From Flavobacteriales bacterium (GTDB lineage Bacteria; Bacteroidota; Bacteroidia; Flavobacteriales_F; PHOS-HE28), in the NCBI GenBank assembly GCA_016721005.1, contig JADKJM010000019.1, positions 323,747-387,746 on the forward strand: 64,000 nucleotides of DNA. Direction: 5' to 3'. A model generated the notes under the pieces. It worked only from the letters and a program-made list of their open reading frames with translations, did not search any database and was not told where the DNA came from. Below are positions 20,817 through 29,253 of the stretch, one piece after another (positions within the stretch are counted from its first letter, which is position 1; each line of letters begins with the position of its first letter). Position numbers and translations under genes: made by a program.

Positions 20817-21599
20817 ATGGCTTTCAACAACCTCCTCATCGCTGATACCGATGGCCTCCGCACCATCACCATCAACCGTCCCGATCAACTGAACGCCCTG
20901 AACCGGGAAACCATCGGTGAACTCGACAGCGCTTTGACCGAAGCAGATGCTGACAAGAGCGTGCGCGTACTCATCATCACCGGCAGCGGTATGAAGGCAT
21001 TCGTTGCGGGTGCGGACATCAAGGAGTTCGCGCACTTCAGCATTCCCGAAGGCAAAGCGTTGAGCGCCGATGGCCAGAAGAAACTCTTCGATCATGTGGA
21101 ACGCATGAGCAAGCCGGTGATCGCTGCTGTGAACGGCTTCGCGCTCGGCGGCGGATTGGAACTCGCGATGAGTTGCCACTTCCGCGTGGCCAGCGACAAT
21201 GCGCGCATGGGGCTGCCCGAGGTGTCGCTCGGCGTGATCCCCGGCTACGGTGGGACACAGCGACTCGCGCGCTTGGTGGGCAAGGGCAAGGCGATGGAAA
21301 TGATCATGACCGCAGGAATGATCAAAGCCGAGGAAGCCCTGCAATGGGGGCTTGTGAATCACGTTGTACCGCAGCCGGAGCTGCTTGCCAAGTGCAACGA
21401 AGTCGCCACCGCTATCATGAAGAATTCACCCACCGCACTTGCCGCAGCGATACGCGCCGTGAACGCCGGTTACGAACCCGGCGCCGATGGCATGCAACGC
21501 GAGATAGAGGAGTTCGGCAAGTGTTTCGGTACGGCGGATTTCAAAGAGGGGACGAGCGCGTTCATGGAGAAGCGGAAGGCGGAGTTCAAAGGCGAATAG
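20817..21599 (+). CDS. Enoyl-CoA hydratase/isomerase (crotonase) family protein
   Basis: 260 aa; motifs VRVLIITGSGMKAFVAGADIKE and AAVNGFALGGGLELAMSCHFRVAS are typical crotonase-fold residues. Confidence 0.85.
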   Translation: MAFNNLLIADTDGLRTITINRPDQLNALNRETIGELDSALTEADADKSVRVLIITGSGMKAFVAGADIKEFAHFSIPEGKALSADGQKKLFDHVERMSKPVIAAVNGFALGGGLELAMSCHFRVASDNARMGLPEVSLGVIPGYGGTQRLARLVGKGKAMEMIMTAGMIKAEEALQWGLVNHVVPQPELLAKCNEVATAIMKNSPTALAAAIRAVNAGYEPGADGMQREIEEFGKCFGTADFKEGTSAFMEKRKAEFKGE

Positions 21600-21698
21600 A
21601 ACGCAGATGACGCTGAAAGAGCTGATGAACGCTGATCATGATAGAGGCCTGATGGTTCTATCTACTAGATCCATTCTTTCTGTGTTATCAGCGTTCCA

Positions 21699-23222
21699 TT
21701 GAGCGCCCTCCGCAAACTCGCCGGTCAAACAGCCATCTACGGGCTGAGCAGCATCGTTGCGCGCTTCCTCAACTTCCTGCTGGTTCCGCTGTACACTACC
21801 AAGGGCGTGTTCGATCCCGCGCAGTACGGTGCGATCACATCGCTGCTTTCATGGACCGCTTTCCTGAACGTGGTACTCACCTTCGGTATGGAGACGGGCT
21901 TCTTCCGCTACGCCAATGCACCTCATCCCCCGACCTCCTCTCCCGGGGAGAAGGGGAGCAACACCCCTCTCCTTAGGAGTGGGGTTGGGAATGCGGGTGT
22001 ATACGCCACGACGGCCTATGCATTGCTCTTCGGCAGCTTGGCGTTCATGCTCCTCGGCTCCGTGTTCTCGGGATCCATCGCCAATGGTATCGGCTTCCCG
22101 GACCTCGGCTCATCGGTGTTGATGTTGGTCATCATCATCGGCATGGATGCGATCACCACGATCCCGATGGCGCAGTTGCGTTTGCAAGAACGACCGTGGC
22201 GCTTCGCGGCGATCAACATCGTGAGCGTGTTGGTGAATATCGGCCTGAGCCTCTTCTTCCTGGCGTACTGCATGCCGAAGTACAACGCCGGGGAGAGCAA
22301 TGCACTGATCGATGCCGTGTACGACCCAACACTTGGCGTCGGCTATGTCTTCTTGATCAACTTGGTCAGCAGCGGCATCAAACTGGTGATCCTCCTGCCC
22401 TCCTGGCCGCGACCAGCGTTCTTCGATCGCAAGCTGTTGCGCACCCTCCTGATCTTCGGCGCGCCGCTGATGGTTGCTGGTCTTGCAGGCATGGTGAACG
22501 AGACCGCGGATCGCATCCTGCTCAAGTACCTCTTGCCCGCCGACATCGCCGACTCCGAGATCGGGATCTATGGTGCGTGTTACAAATTGGCGATGCTCAT
22601 CACGCTCTTCATTCAAGCCTTCCGCATGGGCGCCGAGCCTTTCTTCTTCAGCCACGCGAAGGAGAAGAACAGCAAGGAATCGTTCGCGCGGATCATGAAT
22701 GTGTTCGTGGCCGTGTGCATGAGCGCCTTCCTGGTGGTGATGCTCTTCCTCGATCAATTCAAGTGGTTCATCCGCAACCCGGAGTTCCACGCGGGCCTGA
22801 AAGTGGTGCCGATCCTGATGCTCGCCAACGTCTTCCTCGGCATCTACTACAACCAGAGCGTGTGGTACAAGCTCACCGATCGCACGCGCGCAGGAAGTGC
22901 GATCTCGCTCATCGGTGCGGGCATCACCTTGGTGCTGCTCTTCGTGCTGATCCCGCGCATGGGCTACATGGGCGCTGCGTGGACCACCTTGATCTGCTAC
23001 GCGAGCATGGCGGTGATCAGCTACACGTGGGGGCAGAAGCACTACCCGGTGCCGTACAACGTGGGGCGGGTGTTGGGGTATATGGCCATTGCGGTGTTCG
23101 CCTGGTGGGGGTGCGAGCAACTTGACCTTTCAGGCGGACTCAACTATACACTCAGGTTCGCTGTGCTGATGGTGTTCGTGGTGTTAGCTTGGAGGGGCGA
23201 GCGGCACATTGTCGCTCGCTGA
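21699..23222 (+). CDS. Polysaccharide biosynthesis protein / oligosaccharide flippase (Wzx-like, MOP superfamily), ~12 TM
   Basis: N-terminus SALRKLAGQTAIYGLSSIVARFLNFLLVPLYT is characteristic of Polysacc_synt family flippases. Hydrophobic throughout. TTG start at 21699 (no in-frame ATG nearby). Confidence 0.75.
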   Translation: MSALRKLAGQTAIYGLSSIVARFLNFLLVPLYTTKGVFDPAQYGAITSLLSWTAFLNVVLTFGMETGFFRYANAPHPPTSSPGEKGSNTPLLRSGVGNAGVYATTAYALLFGSLAFMLLGSVFSGSIANGIGFPDLGSSVLMLVIIIGMDAITTIPMAQLRLQERPWRFAAINIVSVLVNIGLSLFFLAYCMPKYNAGESNALIDAVYDPTLGVGYVFLINLVSSGIKLVILLPSWPRPAFFDRKLLRTLLIFGAPLMVAGLAGMVNETADRILLKYLLPADIADSEIGIYGACYKLAMLITLFIQAFRMGAEPFFFSHAKEKNSKESFARIMNVFVAVCMSAFLVVMLFLDQFKWFIRNPEFHAGLKVVPILMLANVFLGIYYNQSVWYKLTDRTRAGSAISLIGAGITLVLLFVLIPRMGYMGAAWTTLICYASMAVISYTWGQKHYPVPYNVGRVLGYMAIAVFAWWGCEQLDLSGGLNYTLRFAVLMVFVVLAWRGERHIVAR

Positions 23223-23242
23223 TCCGTTCCTACTTTCACGTC

Positions 23243-23887
23243 ATGCGATATGTATCCTTTGCCACGCTGTTCATCACGTTCAGTGCATTCGGACAGAACG
23301 GGTCGGTCAGCGTCACGGACGACCTTGGCGCCGTAGGGCGCATGGACCGGCCAACCAAAAGCCTGTACGAACTGCTCGGCGCCAGCCACTATTCGGCGAC
23401 GTTCAAATTTCCCGGCGGCAAGACCCATGAGGTCGTCCTGGTGATGAAATCCATTTACAAGGACAGCGTGGCCGCCGTTGATACCCTGATCAACTCAATG
23501 AGGTGGAAAACGATGATCAAGGGAGGCGCGCCCTTCGACCCGAAAGAAGAGGTCTTCTTCGTCGGCCAACGTGTAGACTCCATGCACTTCAAACTGCTCT
23601 TCCGTTTTGGAAACATGAACATGACGCAACGCACAATTGAATTGCCGTGGCCAAATAACGGCTACATGCTCGACGAAGGGATCCGATCCCGTGGCAAAGC
23701 AATGCCTGTAGAGTTCGGCACCCCGCTTCCCATGATGGTGCTCACGCAGCCCTATCCTGATCCACCGCTACCGAAAAAGGCCGTGATCCAGCGCTATTGT
23801 TTTGGGGTCGATACACCTCCAGAACAGTGGCCCGCGACCTATGGGGTGCCACACCTTTTTGTATTCGAATTGACGGTTCTGCCGTGA
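23243..23887 (+). CDS. Hypothetical secreted protein (signal peptide), lower GC than its surroundings
   Basis: ORF 23189..23887; internal ATG at 23243 gives MRYVSFATLFITFSAFGQ (signal peptide). No recognisable domain. Confidence 0.5.
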   Translation: MRYVSFATLFITFSAFGQNGSVSVTDDLGAVGRMDRPTKSLYELLGASHYSATFKFPGGKTHEVVLVMKSIYKDSVAAVDTLINSMRWKTMIKGGAPFDPKEEVFFVGQRVDSMHFKLLFRFGNMNMTQRTIELPWPNNGYMLDEGIRSRGKAMPVEFGTPLPMMVLTQPYPDPPLPKKAVIQRYCFGVDTPPEQWPATYGVPHLFVFELTVLP

Positions 23888-23896
23888 CCCTCGTGG

Positions 23897-24118
23897 TCAT
23901 TCAGTCGCCTCCAGCACCTGCTTGACGATCTTCGGATGAAGACTCTTCCCCGCATGGAATGGAAGGACTATCCGGACATTGCCCTTCATGTAAATGCGAT
24001 GGCCGCCAGCAGTGCGCACCCATGTGAAGCCCGCTTTCCGCAAGAGCTTCTCGGCCTCCTTGGCCGTCAGTACGACTTGCTTAGCCAATCGACACCGGCA
24101 TGGACGTGGTGAAGACAC
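23897..24118 (-). CDS. hicA: Type II toxin-antitoxin system HicA family toxin (start uncertain: GTG at 24118 or TTG at 24090)
   Basis: …LTAKEAEKLLRKAGFTWVRTAGGHRIYMKGNVRIVLPFHAGKSLHPKIVKQVLEA fits the HicA/YcfA consensus (GSH-x-I/F … VP-x-H-x-GK-x-L … L-K-Q-x-G). Confidence 0.7.
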   Translation of the reverse strand: MSSPRPCRCRLAKQVVLTAKEAEKLLRKAGFTWVRTAGGHRIYMKGNVRIVLPFHAGKSLHPKIVKQVLEATE

Positions 24119-24305
24119 GGCGCTTTACGATCCGCTTGATCTCCGCCGGACGAAGCGTGCTCCAATACAAGTCGATCGCTTCCTTGATGTTCTTCATCAC
24201 CTCGTCCAAGCTGTCGCCTTGGGTATGGCAGCCTTTAAGTTCCGGAACGAAGGCGAAGTAGCCGTCCTTGTCGTATTCGATAACGACTTGTAGTGTGTGG
24301 TTCAT
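24081..24305 (-). CDS. hicB: HicB family antitoxin (short UPF0150 form, 74 aa)
   Basis: MNHTLQVVIEYDKDGYFAFVPELKGCHTQGDSLDEVMKNIKEAIDLYWSTL fits the UPF0150/HicB N-domain. ATG at 24305 (residue 84 of the listed 157-aa ORF, whose upstream part is a wrong-frame artefact). 3' end overlaps hicA. Confidence 0.7.
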   Translation of the reverse strand: MNHTLQVVIEYDKDGYFAFVPELKGCHTQGDSLDEVMKNIKEAIDLYWSTLRPAEIKRIVKRRVFTTSMPVSIG

Positions 24306-24359
24306 GGCGCTCACTGTCCCAAATGTAACGGGCGGTACGACCTGATCTACTTTTGAGCC

Positions 24360-24572
24360 ATGGCAGTAAAGGTCACACGCGGCAAGAAGGACGAGGTGGT
24401 GATCACCTTGACCGGGGGCATTGAGGCCAGCGACCTGCAACGCGCACTCGATTACCTCCGGTACCTCGACCTGACCAAAGGCATGAAAGTGCCGCAGGGC
24501 GAAGTGGACAAGCTGGCTCGCGAAGCGACATCGAGCATGGCCCGCAAGCGCCACAAGCGAATGGCATCGTGA
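24360..24572 (+). CDS. Putative antitoxin (70 aa) of the PIN-domain toxin pair
   Basis: Small basic ORF whose stop overlaps the GTG start of the downstream PIN gene (GTGA). Function inferred from position only. Confidence 0.45.
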   Translation: MAVKVTRGKKDEVVITLTGGIEASDLQRALDYLRYLDLTKGMKVPQGEVDKLAREATSSMARKRHKRMAS

Positions 24573-25012
24573 GGCTTGTTGTCGATGCCAACATTGTGTT
24601 CAGCAGCATACTGCGTTCCGATGGCATGGTCGGCGATGTCTTCTTCAATTCGCGCCCCCCACTCGTACTCTTTGCCCCGGAGATGCTCCGCGAAGAAGTC
24701 GCCGAGCACCGCGCCAAGTTGGTCAAGCTTAGTAAGCGGCCATCGGAGGTGGTTCTGGAGTTGGAGCGTTTAACGCTATCGCGGGTCACCTTCCTGAACG
24801 AGGGTTTGATCTCCGCGGTGAGTTGGGCCAAGGCCCGCGAAGTGATGATCGATCTTGATCCGGATGATGTGGTCTATGTGGCGCTGGCGTTCCACTTGGA
24901 CCTACCGCTTTGGACAGGCGACAAGCGTCTTTCGAAAGGGCTCGGTTTCAAAGGATCCAAGCAGACCATTACGACAGCCGAAGTGTTCAAGGCACTGGTG
25001 GAACCGAAATGA
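24569..25012 (+). CDS. PIN domain protein (VapC-like ribonuclease toxin)
   Basis: [15 protein letters not shown]… (N-terminal acidic D), …[22 protein letters not shown] (C-terminal PIN acidic residues). GTG start at 24569. Confidence 0.7.
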   Translation: MRLVVDANIVFSSILRSDGMVGDVFFNSRPPLVLFAPEMLREEVAEHRAKLVKLSKRPSEVVLELERLTLSRVTFLNEGLISAVSWAKAREVMIDLDPDDVVYVALAFHLDLPLWTGDKRLSKGLGFKGSKQTITTAEVFKALVEPK

Positions 25013-25464
25013 CCCAGATCGAAAGCATGCAACTCGTCCGCATCGTCAACAAGGGCAAACACCCCCTGCCCCACTACGCCACGGAGCATAGCGCAGGTAT
25101 GGATCTCCGCGCCAACCTCGACGCGTCCATCACCCTCGCTCCCGGCGAACGCCAATTGATCCCCACCGGCCTATTCCTCGAACTCCCCGAAGGCACCGAG
25201 GCCCAAGTGCGTCCGCGCAGTGGGCTGGCCTTCAAGCACGGCGTCACGGTCCTCAACGCGCCGGGCACCATCGATGCCGACTACCGCGGAGAAGTGGGCG
25301 TGCTGCTGATCAACCACGGGCAGGAACCCTTCGAGGTGAAGGATGGCGAACGCATTGCTCAATTGGTCATCGCGCGCTACGTGCGGGTCACCCTTGAGGA
25401 AGTTGTTGACCTCGCCTCGTCGGAACGTGGTGCTGGCGGCTTCGGGCACACTGGAACAAATTGA
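25009..25464 (+). CDS. dut: dUTP diphosphatase (dUTPase)
   Basis: [18 protein letters not shown]…[35 protein letters not shown]…GERIAQLV are dUTPase motifs I-V. The ATG at 25009 overlaps the PIN gene stop (ATGA); an alternative ATG lies at 25027. Confidence 0.85.
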   Translation: MTQIESMQLVRIVNKGKHPLPHYATEHSAGMDLRANLDASITLAPGERQLIPTGLFLELPEGTEAQVRPRSGLAFKHGVTVLNAPGTIDADYRGEVGVLLINHGQEPFEVKDGERIAQLVIARYVRVTLEEVVDLASSERGAGGFGHTGTN

Positions 25465-25573
25465 AGACCTTCGCGACCGACTCACCGCAGAGGCGCAGGG
25501 GCGCTGAGCAACGCAAAGAGAGAACCCTGCGCCCTCCGCAGCTCTGCGCCTCTGCGGTGAAGACCAGAACCGA

Positions 25574-26581
25574 ATGAAGATCATCGTCCCGATGGCGGGC
25601 ATGGGCAAGCGGATGCGTCCGCACACCCACACCACCGCCAAGCCCTTGTTGCCCATTGCGGGCAAGCCCATCGTGCAACGCCTCGTGGAGGATCTGGCCG
25701 CGGTGGCCGGTGAAGCCGTGGAAGAAGTCGCCTACGTGGTGAATCCGGCCTTCGGCGTGAAGGTGGAGAACGAGTTGCTGGAGATCGCGAAGCGTGTCGG
25801 TGCCAAGGGGTCCATTCACTACCAGGAAGTGGCGCTCGGCACTGCGCACGCCATCCTCTGCGCCGAAAGCGCATTGAGCGGCCGCGTGATCGTGGCCTTT
25901 GCTGACACGCTCTTCCGCGCCGACCTGAAGCTGGACACCGACTGCGATGGTGTGATCTGGGTGAACAAGGTGGAGGATCCGAAGCCCTTCGGCGTGGTGA
26001 AACTGGACGATAAGGGCATCATCACGGAGTTCGTGGAGAAGCCGCAGACCTTCGTGAGCGACCTCGCCATCATCGGCATCTACTACTTCGCCGATGGCGA
26101 GCGGCTGCGCACCGAGATGCAGTTCCTCATCGACAACAAGATCATGGACAAGGGCGAGTACCAGCTCACCAACGCCATGGAGAACATGAAGCAGAAAGGC
26201 GCGCGTTTCAAGGCCGGTGCGGTGGACGTGTGGATGGACTGCGGCAACAAGAACGCGATGGTGGACACCAACACCAAAGTGCTCGGCTTCCTGAAGGATG
26301 ACAAAGGCCTCGTGAGCAGCAAGCTGAAGACCGTGAACAGCGTGATCATCCCACCGTGCTTCATCGGTGATGAGGTGGTGCTCACGAACAGCATCGTTGG
26401 CCCGAACGTTTCCATTGAGAAAGGCGCAACGATCACGGGCAGCGTGGTGCGGAATTCGATCCTGCGCGGTGGCGTGCGTGTACAGGATGCCGTGATCGAC
26501 AATAGCATGGTGGGCGAACGCGCCGTTGTGACCGGCCGTGCCATGGACCTTAGCTTGAGCGACGATAGCACGGCTGGCTGA
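25574..26581 (+). CDS. Sugar-phosphate nucleotidyltransferase (NTP_transferase N-domain plus left-handed beta-helix C-domain)
   Basis: MKIIVPMAGMGKRMRP…KPLLPIAGKPIV matches the G-x-G-x-R nucleotidyltransferase signature. C-terminal hexapeptide-like repeats. Confidence 0.8.
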   Translation: MKIIVPMAGMGKRMRPHTHTTAKPLLPIAGKPIVQRLVEDLAAVAGEAVEEVAYVVNPAFGVKVENELLEIAKRVGAKGSIHYQEVALGTAHAILCAESALSGRVIVAFADTLFRADLKLDTDCDGVIWVNKVEDPKPFGVVKLDDKGIITEFVEKPQTFVSDLAIIGIYYFADGERLRTEMQFLIDNKIMDKGEYQLTNAMENMKQKGARFKAGAVDVWMDCGNKNAMVDTNTKVLGFLKDDKGLVSSKLKTVNSVIIPPCFIGDEVVLTNSIVGPNVSIEKGATITGSVVRNSILRGGVRVQDAVIDNSMVGERAVVTGRAMDLSLSDDSTAG

Positions 26582-26593
26582 ACCAGCGAACCA

Positions 26594-28372
26594 ATGAAGC
26601 GCACGACCCCACTTCTTTCCGCCCTTGCCATCACATTGGCGATGACCGCTTGCTCCGGCGCGAAGCATGGCATGGAGGGAACCGTTCCTGCGGAGCCGGG
26701 ATCACGTCCGGGATCGGAGCAGACCAGTGATCGTCGCGCGGAAATGATGCGCCTCTTCATGGAGGCGACCCAAGCGCGGCTAACGGGCCGGCCGACGGAA
26801 GCGCTCCAGAAATATCAGCGCTGTTTGAAGCTCGAACCCAGCAATGGCGCCGTGCTCTTCGAACTGGCGAAGCTGTACCACGTCGGCCAGAACCCATCCC
26901 AAGCGGTGGAGTACGCCAGACAAGCGGTTGCTTCGGACAAGGCCAACATCTGGTACCGCTTCCTGCTCGCCGACCTCTATCGTGAAAGCAACCGCCCTGG
27001 CGATGCGGTGGATGTGTACAAGGGGGTCCTGCAGCAATGGCCCGACCGCTTTGAGGTCTATCTGGACCTGGCCGCAGCCTACGCCTTCGCCGGAAAGCCG
27101 GATGAATCCGTGAAGGTGTACGGTGATGTGGAGAAGCGCTTCGGGTTGGGTGAAGAGCTCATCGCACACGCGTTCAACACATACATGGGCGCGCGGAATT
27201 GGACGGCCGCTGAACAACTGCTGCAGCGTGCGTTGAAGAACGAACCGGACGATCCGGAATACGCGGGCATGCTCGCAGAGGTCTACGATGATCAAGGCCT
27301 GCAAGAAAAAGCGCTGGAACAATACCAACGCGCGTTGGCCCTCGACCCGAGCAACAGCTTGTTGCGGATCAGCCTCGCTGAACACTACTACACCAATGGT
27401 CGGATGGAGGATGCCTACCGGGAACTCGGCGAGGCCTTCCTGGATCCGGGTCTCGATGTCGATGCCAAGATGCAGGTGTTGATCGGCTTCTTCGAGATGA
27501 CCGAGAACGAGGGGGAGAAACCAGATGATCGACCCGAACTCATCCGGCGGTCCTATGCCTTGATCGATGCGCTGGAACAGGCACATCCCGAAAGTGGAAA
27601 ACCGTTCACCATTCGCGGTGATTTCCTGCTGCGTGATGGCAAGATCGCCGAAGCTCGGGATGCGTTCAAGAAAGCGCTCACCTTGGAGAAGGACCGCTAC
27701 CCGATCCACCAACAGGTCCTTCAACTCGACCTTCAGTTGGGTGATCATGAAGGTCTGGTCCGTGATGCGGATGCTGCGGCCGAACTTTTCCCGACCTCCC
27801 CCGAGCCGTACTTGTTCAAGGGTATCGGCCTATCGCAACTCGAACGGTATGATGAAGCGATCGAGGCGCTGGTGATCGGGCGTGATCTCGTGGTGGATAA
27901 CCCTCCACTGACCGCGCAGTTCTGGAGCAGCCTCGGTGAAGCATACAACTCCGCGAAGCAATTCGACAAGAGCGACAAGGCCTATGACAAGGCGTTGGCC
28001 TTGATCCCGGACGATGCCACCACCCTGAACAATTACGCGTACTACCTGAGCGTGCGCGGAGAGCAATTGGAGAAGGCCGAACGCATGAGCAAGCGTTCGA
28101 ACGAATTGGCGCCGGGCCAACCCAGTTACCAGGACACCTATGCGTGGGTGCTGTTCAGATCCAGGAAGTTCGCCGAAGCGCGCACATGGATGGAAAAGGC
28201 CATTGCCGGTTCGCCGGACCCGGATGGTGAATTGCTGGAGCATCACGCCGATATCCTTTTTGAACTCGGCGAAACAGCTGCTGCTCTTGAGCAATGGAAA
28301 TTGGCGAAAGCGCGTGGCGGTGCAAGTGATCTGATCGACCGGAAGATCAACGAAGCCCGGCGCGTGGAATGA
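26594..28372 (+). CDS. Tetratricopeptide-repeat lipoprotein
   Basis: Lipoprotein signal (…LAMTACSG) then many TPR-like A/Y/L-periodic helices (…AAAYAFAGKPDESVKVYGDV…). Confidence 0.75.
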   Translation: MKRTTPLLSALAITLAMTACSGAKHGMEGTVPAEPGSRPGSEQTSDRRAEMMRLFMEATQARLTGRPTEALQKYQRCLKLEPSNGAVLFELAKLYHVGQNPSQAVEYARQAVASDKANIWYRFLLADLYRESNRPGDAVDVYKGVLQQWPDRFEVYLDLAAAYAFAGKPDESVKVYGDVEKRFGLGEELIAHAFNTYMGARNWTAAEQLLQRALKNEPDDPEYAGMLAEVYDDQGLQEKALEQYQRALALDPSNSLLRISLAEHYYTNGRMEDAYRELGEAFLDPGLDVDAKMQVLIGFFEMTENEGEKPDDRPELIRRSYALIDALEQAHPESGKPFTIRGDFLLRDGKIAEARDAFKKALTLEKDRYPIHQQVLQLDLQLGDHEGLVRDADAAAELFPTSPEPYLFKGIGLSQLERYDEAIEALVIGRDLVVDNPPLTAQFWSSLGEAYNSAKQFDKSDKAYDKALALIPDDATTLNNYAYYLSVRGEQLEKAERMSKRSNELAPGQPSYQDTYAWVLFRSRKFAEARTWMEKAIAGSPDPDGELLEHHADILFELGETAAALEQWKLAKARGGASDLIDRKINEARRVE

Positions 28373-29253
28373 AGGGACCGGCGGCACTGATCATCCTGGT
28401 GCTTCTGTTCGCCTCCTGCAAGAGCGGCCGACGACTCCCCCTGATCCATCGGGACCTGCCCGCACGATCCGGGGATCGGATCATCGAACGCATGCTGGTC
28501 GCGGACACGATCCACCCGCGTTACTACACCGCCAAGGCGAATGTGGACATCGACATGGGCGGATCAAGTAGAGGATTCAAGGCACAGGTGAAAAGCGTTC
28601 GCGACAGCGCCGCCTGGATCAGCATCGTGCCGGCGCTCGGGATCGAAGTAGCGCGTATCGTGGTCACCCCGGACAGCGTGAAAATGCTGGACAAACTACA
28701 CGACCAGTATTTCCTCGGCGACTCCGCCCGAACGAAAAAGAAGTTCGGTCTGCAACCGGACCTGACCTTGCTCCAACAAGCGTTGCTGGGCACGGCGATC
28801 GGTCTTGATCCACAGGAGAGATACCGCAGTGATCGCGAGGACGGACAGTATGTGCTCACCAGCAAAGAGCGTCGAAAATTCATTCGCGCAGCGGAGGACA
28901 TCAGCCCAGGGGATACACTGGCTCATGATCGGGACATGGGCGAACGACGGTTGGAGCGCACGCTGCGCAAGGCCGAGGAGCGCGAAGCGATCGTGTTCCG
29001 GTACTGGGTGGAGCCGGAATCGTTCCGGGTCACGCGTGTGCAAATTGTCGACCTCGTACGCGACCAGACCGCGGATGTGCGTTATGAAGAGCGTGGGGGC
29101 ATCGAACAAGCCTACCTCCCCATCCGTATCCGGATCACCCTGAGCGAACCCGGCCGGTTGGCAAGTGGTCTGCTGGAGATCTCCCGTATCGACCTCGACG
29201 GACCTTTGCAGTTGAACTTCAAGATCCCGGAGAAGTATGAACCGATGCCATAG
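28369..29253 (+). CDS. DUF4292-like (LolB-fold) lipoprotein
   Basis: Lipoprotein signal MKGPAALIILVLLFASCKS. Position between a TPR protein and an M23 peptidase is the conserved Bacteroidota arrangement. ATG overlaps the upstream stop (ATGA). Confidence 0.55.
   Translation: MKGPAALIILVLLFASCKSGRRLPLIHRDLPARSGDRIIERMLVADTIHPRYYTAKANVDIDMGGSSRGFKAQVKSVRDSAAWISIVPALGIEVARIVVTPDSVKMLDKLHDQYFLGDSARTKKKFGLQPDLTLLQQALLGTAIGLDPQERYRSDREDGQYVLTSKERRKFIRAAEDISPGDTLAHDRDMGERRLERTLRKAEEREAIVFRYWVEPESFRVTRVQIVDLVRDQTADVRYEERGGIEQAYLPIRIRITLSEPGRLASGLLEISRIDLDGPLQLNFKIPEKYEPMP

Noticed and set aside
22110-23120. 336-aa minus-strand ORF, and the 309-aa plus-strand ORF 22196..23125
   Set aside because: They overlap the flippase gene entirely. 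Their H/R/D-rich composition is typical of wrong-frame ORFs in GC-rich DNA. The flippase frame gives a coherent 12-TM protein.
24081-24554. Full 157-aa minus-strand ORF as an extended HicB
   Set aside because: Only the C-terminal 74 codons (from ATG 24305) match HicB/UPF0150. The upstream 83 codons are antisense to the plus-strand antitoxin gene 24360..24572 and are H/A/L-rich.
25388-26668. 426-aa minus-strand ORF antisense to the nucleotidyltransferase gene
   Set aside because: H/G/R/A-rich with no motifs. The plus-strand frame encodes a clear NTP_transferase with a G-x-G-x-R signature.
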